This document shows, one piece after another, positions 47,606-57,005 of a stretch of 64,000 nucleotides of DNA. Position 1 is the stretch's first letter. Every line of letters starts with the position of its first letter. The stretch comes from a virus. Its lineage: Duplodnaviria; Caudoviricetes. The stretch is from IMG/VR virus record IMGVR_UViG_3300012007_000015, positions 1-64,000 of that record. One strand, given 5' to 3'. Both the position numbers and the translations under genes were made by a program. A model generated the notes under the pieces. That model was given only the letters and a program-made list of their open reading frames with translations. It ran no database searches and was not told where the DNA came from.

Positions 47606-48004
47606 CTAAAACTGCGACTTTTCCTTTTCAATACAATCATTCAGCTGTTTCTTCATAGCATCGAGCTTGTCAAACGATTCCTTAGGTACCCTTGGAGCTC
47701 CCTCGCAGTATGACTTAAGAGAAGGGGTGTCGAAATTATATTCATCACACTTCGTGATGTACTCTATAAACTCGAAGTATGTTTCTATACTTACGTTGTT
47801 CTCAACGCAGTATATGATTTCTTTCATGCTCATGCAGATGCCATCCCCGTGCGCGTATGCTTCTCCGACGTCTTCTCCGACCCACCATCCGTCTGATGCG
47901 TCAAGGTTCCAGATGTTAAGCAGCGTGTCTACGAACTGCTGACAAGCCTTCTCGTAGTTATCTCGGAGAATCTGTATGTGGTTTTTTGTTAGATTGTTGT
48001 TCAT
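47606..48004 (-). CDS. Hypothetical protein
   Basis: 132-aa ORF. Confidence 0.65.
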   Translation of the reverse strand: MNNNLTKNHIQILRDNYEKACQQFVDTLLNIWNLDASDGWWVGEDVGEAYAHGDGICMSMKEIIYCVENNVSIETYFEFIEYITKCDEYNFDTPSLKSYCEGAPRVPKESFDKLDAMKKQLNDCIEKEKSQF

Positions 48005-48127
48005 ATATTAAGAAGAAATGGAGTGTGCTTTTCTATCCATCTGGATAGGGCCTCATGTAAACCACACACACCACGCACATGAGAATTTTTGTAAGTGTTA
48101 TTTCTACTTGTTTTTCTTATCCTCTAC

Positions 48128-48400
48128 CTACTCCCTGAATTTAAAGTTCATTTCGTAGGTTGTGTCAGGCGCACCACTCCCGACATTAGGTGCATGCGTT
48201 GTTGCCAATGGTATAAAAGGCTGTGTCCGTTCCACACAAGAGAGGATTTGACTTGTGTCACTAAACACATCGATAGCGGATACATTGTCTTTGTTATCAA
48301 TAATCGCTACGACTTCCTCTACGGTGCAATCGAATTTTTGGTTCTGACCACCAGTCTGAATTTGAGGAATGCCCAACAACGCGAACAATAAAATAATCAT
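48128..48400 (-). CDS. Hypothetical protein with a hydrophobic N-terminus
   Basis: 90-aa ORF beginning MIILLFALLG. Confidence 0.45.
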   Translation of the reverse strand: MIILLFALLGIPQIQTGGQNQKFDCTVEEVVAIIDNKDNVSAIDVFSDTSQILSCVERTQPFIPLATTHAPNVGSGAPDTTYEMNFKFRE

Positions 48401-48412
48401 ATACTGAGATTT

Positions 48413-48700
48413 TTATTTCTTCTTTTTGCCTCCACGGGCGCGACGGTCTCCTGCCGTATCAGACTTGGAACCTCTGTTGACTGACTTGGACTTGTATACA
48501 AGTCCATGCGAAGTGTGGGACAAATCCTTCCCTTCTCTGGACTTCTTTCCATACTTTTTGTCGTGCTCTCGGTTCTTCTTCTTGAGCTCGACACGTTTCT
48601 TGACTTGTTCTGGCTTCTTGTTGAACTCAGAGTCGTACTCCGCCTTCTTCTTTCTCGCCTCGGGGTGCGTACGATAGTACTTTGCTGACCTACTAACCAT
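48413..48700 (-). CDS. Very basic small protein, possibly a degenerate HNH-like protein
   Basis: K/R-rich; GKDLSHTSHG...VNRG resembles minimal HNH remnants. Confidence 0.5.
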   Translation of the reverse strand: MVSRSAKYYRTHPEARKKKAEYDSEFNKKPEQVKKRVELKKKNREHDKKYGKKSREGKDLSHTSHGLVYKSKSVNRGSKSDTAGDRRARGGKKKK

Positions 48701-48702
48701 AA

Positions 48703-48861
48703 TTATTCTGATTTAGACCACAATAAAAGATAGCCGTTGTACAGCCCTCGTTTGAAGGACTTGTACTTAACCTTCCCTTGTTTGATGAGGGAGTATACGT
48801 AAGTAGTACTCTTGTGAATCCTGCTTGCGTACTCCGACGGTGAAATCCATTCCTGTTTCAT
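48703..48861 (-). CDS. Small excisionase-like helix-turn-helix protein (52 aa)
   Basis: Read by hand: MKQEWISPSEYASRIHKSTTYVYSLIKQGKV... Confidence 0.55.
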   Translation of the reverse strand: MKQEWISPSEYASRIHKSTTYVYSLIKQGKVKYKSFKRGLYNGYLLLWSKSE

Positions 48862-48866
48862 AGGCG

Positions 48867-49229
48867 TTATCTGAAATCACCGTTACCATCAATAACTCCG
48901 CGTTTCTGACGGTCTGCGAGCTTTTCAAGGTTTTCTTGGCAGATTTCCTCCAGAGACCATCCCATTGTGTGACACATGCCAGCCAGACCCCACATAACGT
49001 CTCCGAGCTCGGCTTTCATGGCTTTGTAGTCCTCTGCCGTCAGCCCCTCGTCGCCGTCTTCGCCGAGAAAGTTGCCGTTGATGATGGCTTTCTTCTTGCG
49101 GATATGTTTGGCAACCTTTCCGAAGAACTCTCCCATTTCGCTCATAATCTCGAACGACATGTACGAGAAGTTGTCGCAGCTATCCATACAGGTAGTCATG
49201 GCCCGCTCTTGGTATTCCTTAATTGTCAT
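48867..49229 (-). CDS. mazG: MazG-like nucleotide pyrophosphohydrolase
   Basis: MTIKEYQERA...EMGEFFGKVAK...AELGDVMW...NLEKLADR. Confidence 0.85.
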   Translation of the reverse strand: MTIKEYQERAMTTCMDSCDNFSYMSFEIMSEMGEFFGKVAKHIRKKKAIINGNFLGEDGDEGLTAEDYKAMKAELGDVMWGLAGMCHTMGWSLEEICQENLEKLADRQKRGVIDGNGDFR

Positions 49230-49257
49230 GGCTCGCCTCCTCTTCAATGTTTTTGTC

Positions 49258-49914
49258 TTACATCTCTGCCTGCATAGCCTCGACAATCTGCTGTGCGCGC
49301 TCCTCGTCAGAGAGAGCCTTGAACACAACCATCTCGGTCATTGTGTCCGTATACTCCTTCTCGCGTGCGAGTACGGCCTCTACGAACTGCTTGTTGGTCA
49401 TGTCCTCTTTCTTCTCGTCGAGGATGACGTGAAGACGTGCGATATTGTGCATGTAAGTCTCGTATAAAAGGAAAGCGTCCGTCTCGTTCTCGCCGAGCCC
49501 ATACAGGGGAGCGAAGATATTGTTGAGCCACTTGTCGACAATCCAAGCGATATTATACTCGGTGTCGTCCTGCTTCTCCTTGAGCACGTCCATCATCTTC
49601 TTGTATGAGCGCGTCGGATTGCCCTTGGCATCCTTGACCACACAGTCGTTTTCAAGGGCCATCTCAATCATGCGCTTGATATAGAGGTACGGTCTGGATA
49701 TACCAGAGGCCACTATACGATGGAATACGTGTGTATGAAACATTGTTCCAACGGTGGCAAAGTCATTGTTAACGTAAAGGCGGAGCCACTTGTCCCCGAA
49801 GAACACCTCCGACCCGTCACTCGTTCTCTCAACAACGATTAATGCGTTTCTGAGTCTGCGCTCAAGCTGAGCAGCCGTTGGTTTCTTCTCCTGTCTGATT
49901 GGTTTTGCTGTCAT
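49258..49914 (-). CDS. Hypothetical protein
   Basis: 218-aa ORF. Confidence 0.7.
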   Translation of the reverse strand: MTAKPIRQEKKPTAAQLERRLRNALIVVERTSDGSEVFFGDKWLRLYVNNDFATVGTMFHTHVFHRIVASGISRPYLYIKRMIEMALENDCVVKDAKGNPTRSYKKMMDVLKEKQDDTEYNIAWIVDKWLNNIFAPLYGLGENETDAFLLYETYMHNIARLHVILDEKKEDMTNKQFVEAVLAREKEYTDTMTEMVVFKALSDEERAQQIVEAMQAEM

Positions 49915-50083
49915 AATGATTATTGTGTTTCTTCTATATACTTGTCTATTTCTTTGATTCTTGCCTCCATCTGCCGTATGGCGTTTTCGATGGTAGCAGT
50001 AGGATAGCTTTCAAGAACGTCCTTCAAAACGACGACTTGTACGTAAAGCCTGTTCCTTGTAACTGCTATATTCTTCTTATCCA

Positions 50084-50623
50084 TTAGGCGTCTGGATTCT
50101 GCTGTGACTTCCAGATGGCCAGCAGCCGCAGCTTGATAGTCTCCTCGTTGGTAGGGAGCTTACCCTTAATCTTGTTTGTTTTGTTGTAGCTCTTGAGCCA
50201 AGCCACAGCCTCTTCAAGGTTTGTTATCTCTGGGAAGCACCACTCGTTTTCAGGAACGTCCTTTGCGCCAGCGTCTGCTCCGTCAGCCTCGATTTCTGCT
50301 GCTTCGTCAACAAGGGTTTGCGCGGCCTTGCGTGATTCCTCGTCGAGGTCGGCGTTTTCAATCTCCTCGGTATCCATGTATTCAGGAACGACGAAAATTT
50401 CTTCGATTTTCGAGAACGGCTCAAGCGAAAATGTCTTCTTGACCCTCGGTGCCTTATCTGTCGCTGCATCGTATGTCGCTACAGCGTACGCCCGATAACC
50501 ACCTCTCATCTCAAGAACAGCTACGCCATTCTTAAAAGACTTCTTTGGGTCTTCGTGCTTTTTTAACGGTATCGACGGAATATTCAGATACCGCAAAACT
50601 TCCTTTTCAAATTCTATTGTCAT
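50084..50623 (-). CDS. Hypothetical protein
   Basis: 179-aa ORF with an acidic linker, directly after a promoter. Confidence 0.7.
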   Translation of the reverse strand: MTIEFEKEVLRYLNIPSIPLKKHEDPKKSFKNGVAVLEMRGGYRAYAVATYDAATDKAPRVKKTFSLEPFSKIEEIFVVPEYMDTEEIENADLDEESRKAAQTLVDEAAEIEADGADAGAKDVPENEWCFPEITNLEEAVAWLKSYNKTNKIKGKLPTNEETIKLRLLAIWKSQQNPDA

Positions 50624-50726
50624 AATATATGGTTTTAATGATTTCTATAAAAAGCAACTACTTATTTTCCCAAACTTTCGTTGCAAAACCTAATAACATA
50701 AAAAAATAAGAACACTACTCTCGGTG

Positions 50727-50757
50727 CAAAGTTACGAATTACTTTGTATATGCCAAA
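50727..50757 (-). promoter_or_regulatory. Promoter with a palindromic -33 region
   Basis: Minus strand TTTGGCATATACAAA, then TAACTTTG (50734-50727). Confidence 0.7.
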
Positions 50758-50783
50758 ATAATTATATGTTTTTAACATAAAAA

Positions 50784-51017
50784 TTATTTGATTCCAAGGC
50801 TGCTCTTAACGGCGGCAATTTTCGTCAGCCCTTCTTTCGTGGGCTTTCCATCCTTGCCGAAAGGAACGAGAATCTGCAGGTTGTGATGTATCTGCACAAA
50901 CTTCCACCCGCTTTTGATTCGCTCTCGCTCCAGTTTCTTTACTTTTTCGAGGATGGTCTTTTCCTTGGACTTGTCGTCCACCCTCTTTTCCATTATCCAA
51001 TTTGTCGACGTTGCCAT
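50784..51017 (-). CDS. Hypothetical protein
   Basis: 77-aa basic ORF. Confidence 0.55.
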   Translation of the reverse strand: MATSTNWIMEKRVDDKSKEKTILEKVKKLERERIKSGWKFVQIHHNLQILVPFGKDGKPTKEGLTKIAAVKSSLGIK

Positions 51018-51022
51018 AATAA

Positions 51023-51781
51023 CTAATTACAAACCTTTACCGTTTTTCCTACTTGTTTGTTAGAAATGAAAGACTTAAACGGTGTGACTACCGTTTCCTT
51101 CTTCTCTACGTCAACAACCTGTGACGCCGTATAGACATTCTCTGTGTCTTCATCGCTGAGTCTCTTTGCGACCATAATTGCGCTTGCTTTATCCATGTTT
51201 GTCTCAACAGTATATTGCTTGTGCTCTTTCTGGTCGTATTTATTAACACACCAGCTCTCCCCAACGACAGAGGATTCCCTCTCGATTTCGCATTTGAACA
51301 GCCGAAGGGTTCTATCCTCGTCGCCAAAGTCTATTCTTATTACTGTATCAGTATCGTCCTCTATACGCTGCTGCCCTCCGAGTTGCCAAGCCTCTGGTAG
51401 CTGTGCCCATCGCATGATGTTATGGTACAGCGTCTCAGACTCTTCGTTCATCTCGTTTGTCCCGTAGCTTTCTGCGTAGAAATCAGACCAAAACTTAATG
51501 AATTGCTGATATGCCTTGTCGAGGTCGTTACATGCCTTTGCGATGTCATACCTGCGGCCACCAAAACTATCGAGAAGGGCTACAGCGTTGCCGAAGACCC
51601 TATATGCCGCCATGATGGATGCGTGATACGTCGTCAGAAGTTTGGATATTCGGTCGTACACGCCGAGCTCGCGAGCCTTCTCAAGACTAAGGCCCCTGAT
51701 GCCAGCGGCCTTAATCCTTTTATGCACATCTTCTGACACGTCTACGTTAAACGGCAGCTCTATCGTTTCATATTTGTCCAT
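51023..51781 (-). CDS. Hypothetical protein
   Basis: 252-aa ORF. Confidence 0.7.
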   Translation of the reverse strand: MDKYETIELPFNVDVSEDVHKRIKAAGIRGLSLEKARELGVYDRISKLLTTYHASIMAAYRVFGNAVALLDSFGGRRYDIAKACNDLDKAYQQFIKFWSDFYAESYGTNEMNEESETLYHNIMRWAQLPEAWQLGGQQRIEDDTDTVIRIDFGDEDRTLRLFKCEIERESSVVGESWCVNKYDQKEHKQYTVETNMDKASAIMVAKRLSDEDTENVYTASQVVDVEKKETVVTPFKSFISNKQVGKTVKVCN

Positions 51782-51831
51782 TTACTTCGATATAAGTTAA
51801 CCTCAGTGCGCCTATGTTTTCAAACATAATG

Positions 51832-52047
51832 CTAAGCGTTTAAATTCTTGAACAGTCCGCCATTCTTCACGAATGCCTTGATGGGCACCTTGCAATACGT
51901 TACACCTCCGTAAGAGACGTCCACAATCGGACAGTCAACGAACAGGTTCCTATACTTTACGTCAACAAGGACGACATACTTTGGCATGCGTAGCTCCCTT
52001 TCGAGCCCGCTATGCGAATGTAGTTGTACAACACCTACAGACATCAT
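51832..52047 (-). CDS. Hypothetical protein
   Basis: Short ORF coupled to recT. Confidence 0.5.
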   Translation of the reverse strand: MMSVGVVQLHSHSGLERELRMPKYVVLVDVKYRNLFVDCPIVDVSYGGVTYCKVPIKAFVKNGGLFKNLNA

Positions 52048-52916
52048 TTACCTCCTCTCTTTTTGCCGTTGTTATCCTCTTCTGCGTCATCGAAGTCTGC
52101 GAACTTTTCGGCAACCTCCTGAGCCTTCTGTGCGTCTGCAATCTGTTGCTGCATGTCTCCTTCGTTGTCTATATACTCGTACTTGTCCTTCTCGAATTGG
52201 ATGCTCTGGTCAGCTTTGATAGCGTCCTGCATCTCTACGGAAAGAGGGGCGTTGCGAGACAGGTTGAGTTTAATAACCGTCTTCTTGGCCATATCATCGA
52301 AATCGGTAGTCCACTTACTCTCCTGTCTTACGTTATCGTATTTCGAGTGGTATGTCTGGGAATAACGGAGAGCATGCGCCTCCATCTCCTCGATAGACAT
52401 GTAAAACGTGGACTCGGCACCGTTAAGAAGGCGGAAATAGCTTGCATAGCCTATGGTCTTTGCGTTGGCGCGTTCTGTGTCGTTGTCGATGAACTTGAAT
52501 ACGCACTCACCTGTAAGACGGTTCCTGCTTATCAGCTCGCCCTCCTTGATTTCTGTCGCATTAGGGATGATTGCAAACTGTCCGCTTCTGAGTGCGAGCT
52601 GCTTAACCCCTTTATAACCCAACTGGAACTGGGCCACAACGGTTCCCTGCTTATTGTTCTTGTACGGGATACAGAACGCCATACCGAGAGACTTGTCGAG
52701 CGGTAGGTTAAGTGCTGTTGCTTTAAGCGCTGCGAACACAATTGTTGCAGGGACACATTCCTGAAGCTTTACGTCTCCAGCGACAAGGGCTGTAACATTG
52801 TTTACGAAGGAACCCTTACGCTCCTTGAGAATGTCCTCAAGATACTTCTGCCACACAGGGCTTGTGATGGTCTGGTTAAACAGCTGCAGACCTGTCATTT
52901 TCTTTTCTTCTGCCAT
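52044..52916 (-). CDS. recT: RecT-family single-strand annealing protein
   Basis: ALKATALNLPLDKSLGMAFCIPY...QFQLGYKGVKQLALRSGQ...WTTDFDDMAKKTVIK. Confidence 0.9.
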   Translation of the reverse strand: MAEEKKMTGLQLFNQTITSPVWQKYLEDILKERKGSFVNNVTALVAGDVKLQECVPATIVFAALKATALNLPLDKSLGMAFCIPYKNNKQGTVVAQFQLGYKGVKQLALRSGQFAIIPNATEIKEGELISRNRLTGECVFKFIDNDTERANAKTIGYASYFRLLNGAESTFYMSIEEMEAHALRYSQTYHSKYDNVRQESKWTTDFDDMAKKTVIKLNLSRNAPLSVEMQDAIKADQSIQFEKDKYEYIDNEGDMQQQIADAQKAQEVAEKFADFDDAEEDNNGKKRGGK

Positions 52917-53080
52917 AGTCTGTTACTTTTGTTTCTTTAGTTTCTTACTCTTCAAATGGTTGTGACGCGCTTTTGTACTACCAATGTAATACATTCCGAA
53001 CCCATCTGGGTTTCCGTGCATAACTTTTGTTGTTACTCCAATGTACTTTCCCATAATTTTAAATTTTTAAAATGTTATTT

Positions 53081-54073
53081 TTATTTCTTGTTTACACCTA
53101 TTTTCACGTATGCCCCCTTAGACACGCGCTTCTCGTAGTCCTTGCGTAGTTTCTTCGCTTTACGAGGATGCTTGTCTCCGAGGTCTGCGAGGAACTTCTT
53201 GTGGTCAAACTGTACAGACTCAGATGCCTCTACGAGGGTAATACTCCACTCTTCGCTCTTGATGCTGCGGATGCCCTTCTGCTGCATAAAGTCAACCATC
53301 TTGGCCTTAAACTCGTCGATAGTCTTCTCTCGCTCCTTAATCTCTGCCAGCACCTGCGATATTGTGTCGAACTCTTTCTTGACTTTTTCTGGAAGATACT
53401 GTGCCTGTATATCTCCCTCGTCATCTGCATAACAGTCAAACGTCTGGAGAAATTCACTTGCAATCTTCATGGCGTTTGAGATGTCGAAGAGGTTTTCCTT
53501 CATACGGAGCTTGTGTACGGTCAGACGCGCAGGGTCGAACGTAAACTCTTCCTCCATGTTAACGCCAGACGTATCGTAATGAACGAGGAACATGTTGACC
53601 TTCCAGTCTTCACCCTTTGCTTTGACGATTTCCTTTGCAATCGTCCACTCGACGAACAGCTGGTTCTTGTAAGTGTCACGTGTCTGGTCTATCGAAAAGC
53701 GTGTGGCTTTAACCTCGTAGACGTTAAGAACCTTCTTCTCCTCGTCGAAGTACGCAATATCTGCATGGCAGATTAGCTTCAGTTCCTTGGTTGAATACTT
53801 GCCAGACACCCACAGAGGGTTGCTTTGTGCGCTCGGTTTAGTTGCCGCTAAATTGTCGTAGACAGCGTTCTCGATGAAGTCACCGAACTGCATCACACGT
53901 GTGGTTATGTTGTCATTCTCTATCAGTCCCTTCGCAACAGCGAGCCTCTTGTACGCACTACGTGGCACTTTTTCAAGAGATGCAATCTGCGAAAGGATAT
54001 TGGCGTCAGAGCCACCAAAACAGCCCTTTCTTGTGGAGTTTATATCCTCCTTGTATTCATACTGTTGTTCCAT
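53081..54073 (-). CDS. YqaJ / lambda-exonuclease-like recombination exonuclease
   Basis: RKGCFGGSDA...MQFGDFIE...CHAD...YEVKAT; adjacent to recT. Confidence 0.75.
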   Translation of the reverse strand: MEQQYEYKEDINSTRKGCFGGSDANILSQIASLEKVPRSAYKRLAVAKGLIENDNITTRVMQFGDFIENAVYDNLAATKPSAQSNPLWVSGKYSTKELKLICHADIAYFDEEKKVLNVYEVKATRFSIDQTRDTYKNQLFVEWTIAKEIVKAKGEDWKVNMFLVHYDTSGVNMEEEFTFDPARLTVHKLRMKENLFDISNAMKIASEFLQTFDCYADDEGDIQAQYLPEKVKKEFDTISQVLAEIKEREKTIDEFKAKMVDFMQQKGIRSIKSEEWSITLVEASESVQFDHKKFLADLGDKHPRKAKKLRKDYEKRVSKGAYVKIGVNKK

Positions 54074-54079
54074 ATAGAT

Positions 54080-54430
54080 TTAATTGTTACTGTTTGATAA
54101 TATTTCAAAACTCTTGATTTGTACGAACAACTGAAGTACCGCCATACCCCTGTAATCCGTTTTCGAGGTCTGGAGCCTTCCTTCTACCTCGATGTGCATT
54201 CCCCTCTTGAGTCCTGCCTCCTTGAGTTCATCGACAAGTTTTCTCTTCCTCTGGTTAAAAACCATGATTCTGATGAAGTTTCTCGATTCAGAGACGATGT
54301 CGCTTTCGTATTCTTTTGAGTCGCTGGTTATAATCTGGAAACTGCAGTACTCCCTACCAGTTACAGCAGTACCCCAGATTACCTTGTCGCCAACATATCC
54401 TCTCAATTTTACGTGATTTTCAAACTTCAT
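54080..54430 (-). CDS. ssb: Single-stranded DNA-binding protein (OB fold, no acidic tail)
   Basis: NHVKLRGYVG...LKRGMHIEVEGRLQT. Confidence 0.75.
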   Translation of the reverse strand: MKFENHVKLRGYVGDKVIWGTAVTGREYCSFQIITSDSKEYESDIVSESRNFIRIMVFNQRKRKLVDELKEAGLKRGMHIEVEGRLQTSKTDYRGMAVLQLFVQIKSFEILSNSNN

Positions 54431-54434
54431 GCTG

Positions 54435-54466
54435 CAAAGTTACAACTTTCGCTTGGAATATGCAAA
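54435..54466 (-). promoter_or_regulatory. Promoter of the ssb-yqaJ-recT operon
   Basis: Minus strand TTTGCATATTCCAA and TAACTTTG, only 4 nt before the ATG. Confidence 0.75.
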
Positions 54467-54570
54467 CCTATTAACGTTTTTAACAGTTCACGTACACTTG
54501 CATTATTCTAACGAGGATACGTCTCTCAGCAGCAGGCCGTTTGGCTGTCTTGCAATATATGCTCTCATCG

Positions 54571-54780
54571 TCAGTCCTCCTTATCATCAAACATCTTTAG
54601 TAGTTCCGTTAGCACATCCGACTTGCCAAGATAGAGCATAAAACTGGGGTCGAGCGATTTATCCTTCTTCTTTGGCTTGTATTTGTCAGCGGCCTTGCAA
54701 TAATGGTCACGCAGCTCCTCTATCTCTTGCCGTGTGAGCGTGATTTTATCGCCATCTATTGTACAATCATGCCATACCAT
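54571..54780 (-). CDS. Hypothetical protein
   Basis: 69-aa ORF at the end of the modular-gene operon. Confidence 0.55.
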   Translation of the reverse strand: MVWHDCTIDGDKITLTRQEIEELRDHYCKAADKYKPKKKDKSLDPSFMLYLGKSDVLTELLKMFDDKED

Positions 54781-54782
54781 AG

Positions 54783-55109
54783 TCAGTCCTCCTTCATTTT
54801 CTTAAAGCATTTCAATACTTCTTGACAGTACTCTTCTTCCGACATAGTTTTTAAGCGTTCCTCCATAGAATCGTCGTTAGCAATAACATCTGTGGCATCT
54901 AATATGTCAGCAATGTCCTTCCAAGTCAGTTCCAAGTCTTTCTCTGCTTGGTGTTCATCTGCCCATTCTGCACCCTTTATGAAAGCCTGACCAAGTAATA
55001 TGCAAAGATTTCTTCTAAATTCACCAGTAGGCTTTATGTCATCTAAATTATTAGCATAGTCTAATGCTGCCTGCATTATTTCTTTACTTCTTTCTTCTGC
55101 CTTACTCAT
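54783..55109 (-). CDS. Modular hypothetical protein (MSKAEE...HQAEKD)
   Basis: Shares its start and internal motifs with the neighbouring gene. Confidence 0.65.
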   Translation of the reverse strand: MSKAEERSKEIMQAALDYANNLDDIKPTGEFRRNLCILLGQAFIKGAEWADEHQAEKDLELTWKDIADILDATDVIANDDSMEERLKTMSEEEYCQEVLKCFKKMKED

Positions 55110-55377
55110 TTCCTATCGTTTTTATTTTGTTGTTAAACACCTCTACGAAATGTAGGATATGCGTGTCTGTGCTGTCATTTACACAATCCATCATAAACTC
55201 TCTAAAAAGTTTAGAAAGTTCCTCCTTAATATCTTTTTCTGCTTGGTGGTAGCCTTTCTCAAATGCGTTTCTTCTTTCTTGTTGAAGGTTTGTTTTGTCA
55301 TACCCCATTCTTTCACCAAATAGGATTGGAAACGTCTCTAATGCCTTTTTTGCGGCTTTATCTTCTGCCTTGCTCAT
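55102..55377 (-). CDS. Modular hypothetical protein (MSKAED...HQAEKD)
   Basis: Shares motifs with 54783-55109. Confidence 0.65.
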   Translation of the reverse strand: MSKAEDKAAKKALETFPILFGERMGYDKTNLQQERRNAFEKGYHQAEKDIKEELSKLFREFMMDCVNDSTDTHILHFVEVFNNKIKTIGNE

Positions 55378-55381
55378 AGTT

Positions 55382-56080
55382 CTATTTGTATTGTTTTAAC
55401 ACATCACTACATATCTCCAAGACTTTTACGACCTTATCAAGGTCAAACCAATCATCAGTCCTTACACCGCTTTCCATATCAATCCAGAAATCATCCACGT
55501 CATCACTTTCAAGTAGGTATGAGAGCTTGCCTGCCACGTTATCTGCATTGATGCCTCCAGCATATCCAATCTTATGTGGCAGATTCAATATCTCAATAGG
55601 CGTGTCGATGCCTTGTCCTCCACTGGCATCAAGAAGGCATGTAATGTGGCGACTTACTTTGCTGTTGAGGAATAATGGCACCTCACGAGCCGACTTCTGT
55701 TGTAAAATGACTTCGTCAAAATAATTGCAGATTTCGCCCGAATAGTCAAAACTCATGGGGTTGTTTTGTGATGTAGCTACGTTGAGTTGACAGCGGTTAA
55801 AAATGTAGCTATAACCACGCGCCCATTCTCTGAATGGTTCTATATCTCCTCTTACAGCCGCACGAGCTATGCTACCACAAAGATGTGCGGACAGATTGAG
55901 TCCGCGATTTTCTAAAGAGTCCAGATAACTTGGGTTGAAATAACGATTGCCGTTGTCCTTCCAGTTCTTAGCAACCAATACACCCCATTCCACCATCGGG
56001 TACTTCTGTTGAATTTCCCATAATGCACCGAGGTCAGTTTTACCATCGATGCCTGTAAATGTAATGTGTTGTAGTTTCAT
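55382..56080 (-). CDS. TrpF (PRAI)-like TIM-barrel protein
   Basis: LLDASGGQG, GYAGGINADNV, WIDMESGVR. Confidence 0.7.
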   Translation of the reverse strand: MKLQHITFTGIDGKTDLGALWEIQQKYPMVEWGVLVAKNWKDNGNRYFNPSYLDSLENRGLNLSAHLCGSIARAAVRGDIEPFREWARGYSYIFNRCQLNVATSQNNPMSFDYSGEICNYFDEVILQQKSAREVPLFLNSKVSRHITCLLDASGGQGIDTPIEILNLPHKIGYAGGINADNVAGKLSYLLESDDVDDFWIDMESGVRTDDWFDLDKVVKVLEICSDVLKQYK

Positions 56081-56083
56081 AAT

Positions 56084-56797
56084 TTATTTCTCCTTAGTTA
56101 CAATTACTTTAACCTTAGAACCCACAAGATAGTTATCTGCTGGTAATCTGAAAGAAAACAACGCAGCACCTTGGAATCCAAAACAATGAGCATCAATAGC
56201 CTTTGCCATCATCTGCTCCTCTCGTAACTTCATTCCATATTTTATAGCATCGTCAAAGGTTGGCTGTCGGTGTTCTTTTTCAATGATGCTCGTTACAAAG
56301 TCACGCTCTATCTCTGCTTCTTCCTGTGTCTGCTTGTCGCAAGCAGCAAGGCGGTTCTTTTCAAACTGCTCTTTCTGCCACTGAGCACCCAGTTTGCAAG
56401 CAGTTTTTACGTCCTTCCACTCTGGAGCTTCCTTTGCCCAGTCGTTAGATAAATCATAGGCACACTGGTAAGCGAACTCGTCAAGTGTATCTCTATGGCG
56501 TATGTGTGGCAAGATTGCATCCTTCTCTTTCTGCCACTCAGCACCTGCCTTAAAAGCTGCTTCTATCGCAAAATACACATCATTACCATATTCTTCATTA
56601 TCTGCATAGTTTCTACTTGCCTCTTCCAAGTCCTCGCTTACAGGTTCTTCTTGCAAGGAGTCAAGAAAAATGGATAGGGTGTTGATGATTTCCATTCTGC
56701 CTTGTTCAACGCCATTTTCGTGTTCCGACAAGCCAATAGATGTTTCTTCTTTCAGTCTTGCAAGCTCTTCTCGCATTTTCTGTACTTTGTCTGTCAT
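56084..56797 (-). CDS. Modular hypothetical protein with repeated GAxWQKE motifs
   Basis: AGAEWQKE and LGAQWQKE; a 20-nt repeat at DNA level. Confidence 0.7.
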   Translation of the reverse strand: MTDKVQKMREELARLKEETSIGLSEHENGVEQGRMEIINTLSIFLDSLQEEPVSEDLEEASRNYADNEEYGNDVYFAIEAAFKAGAEWQKEKDAILPHIRHRDTLDEFAYQCAYDLSNDWAKEAPEWKDVKTACKLGAQWQKEQFEKNRLAACDKQTQEEAEIERDFVTSIIEKEHRQPTFDDAIKYGMKLREEQMMAKAIDAHCFGFQGAALFSFRLPADNYLVGSKVKVIVTKEK

Positions 56798-56798
56798 A

Positions 56799-56984
56799 CT
56801 ATTCTCCTTTTAAATAATTTGGCCACTCACTATTACCTGCTGAAGATGTGGTGGCGGTAACCTCAATATAGTGCTTATCTGGACACACACAAGCTTCACA
56901 GTTTGCAGGGAAATACCCAAGCAAACACCCTTTTGTGAGCCCGCCATAATTAATAAAATGTGGACATTGTAATACTTTACTCAT
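56799..56984 (-). CDS. Small Cys-rich protein
   Basis: CPH...CLL...CEACVC. Confidence 0.5.
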   Translation of the reverse strand: MSKVLQCPHFINYGGLTKGCLLGYFPANCEACVCPDKHYIEVTATTSSAGNSEWPNYLKGE

Positions 56985-57005
56985 TGTTATTCTCCTTTCT
57001 GGGCT

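Noticed and set aside
48703-48861. Integration module
   Set aside because: Only a small excisionase-like HTH gene is present; I saw no integrase or att-like duplication, including at the tRNA.
51981-52706. 241-aa plus-strand ORF
   Set aside because: Antisense to recT.
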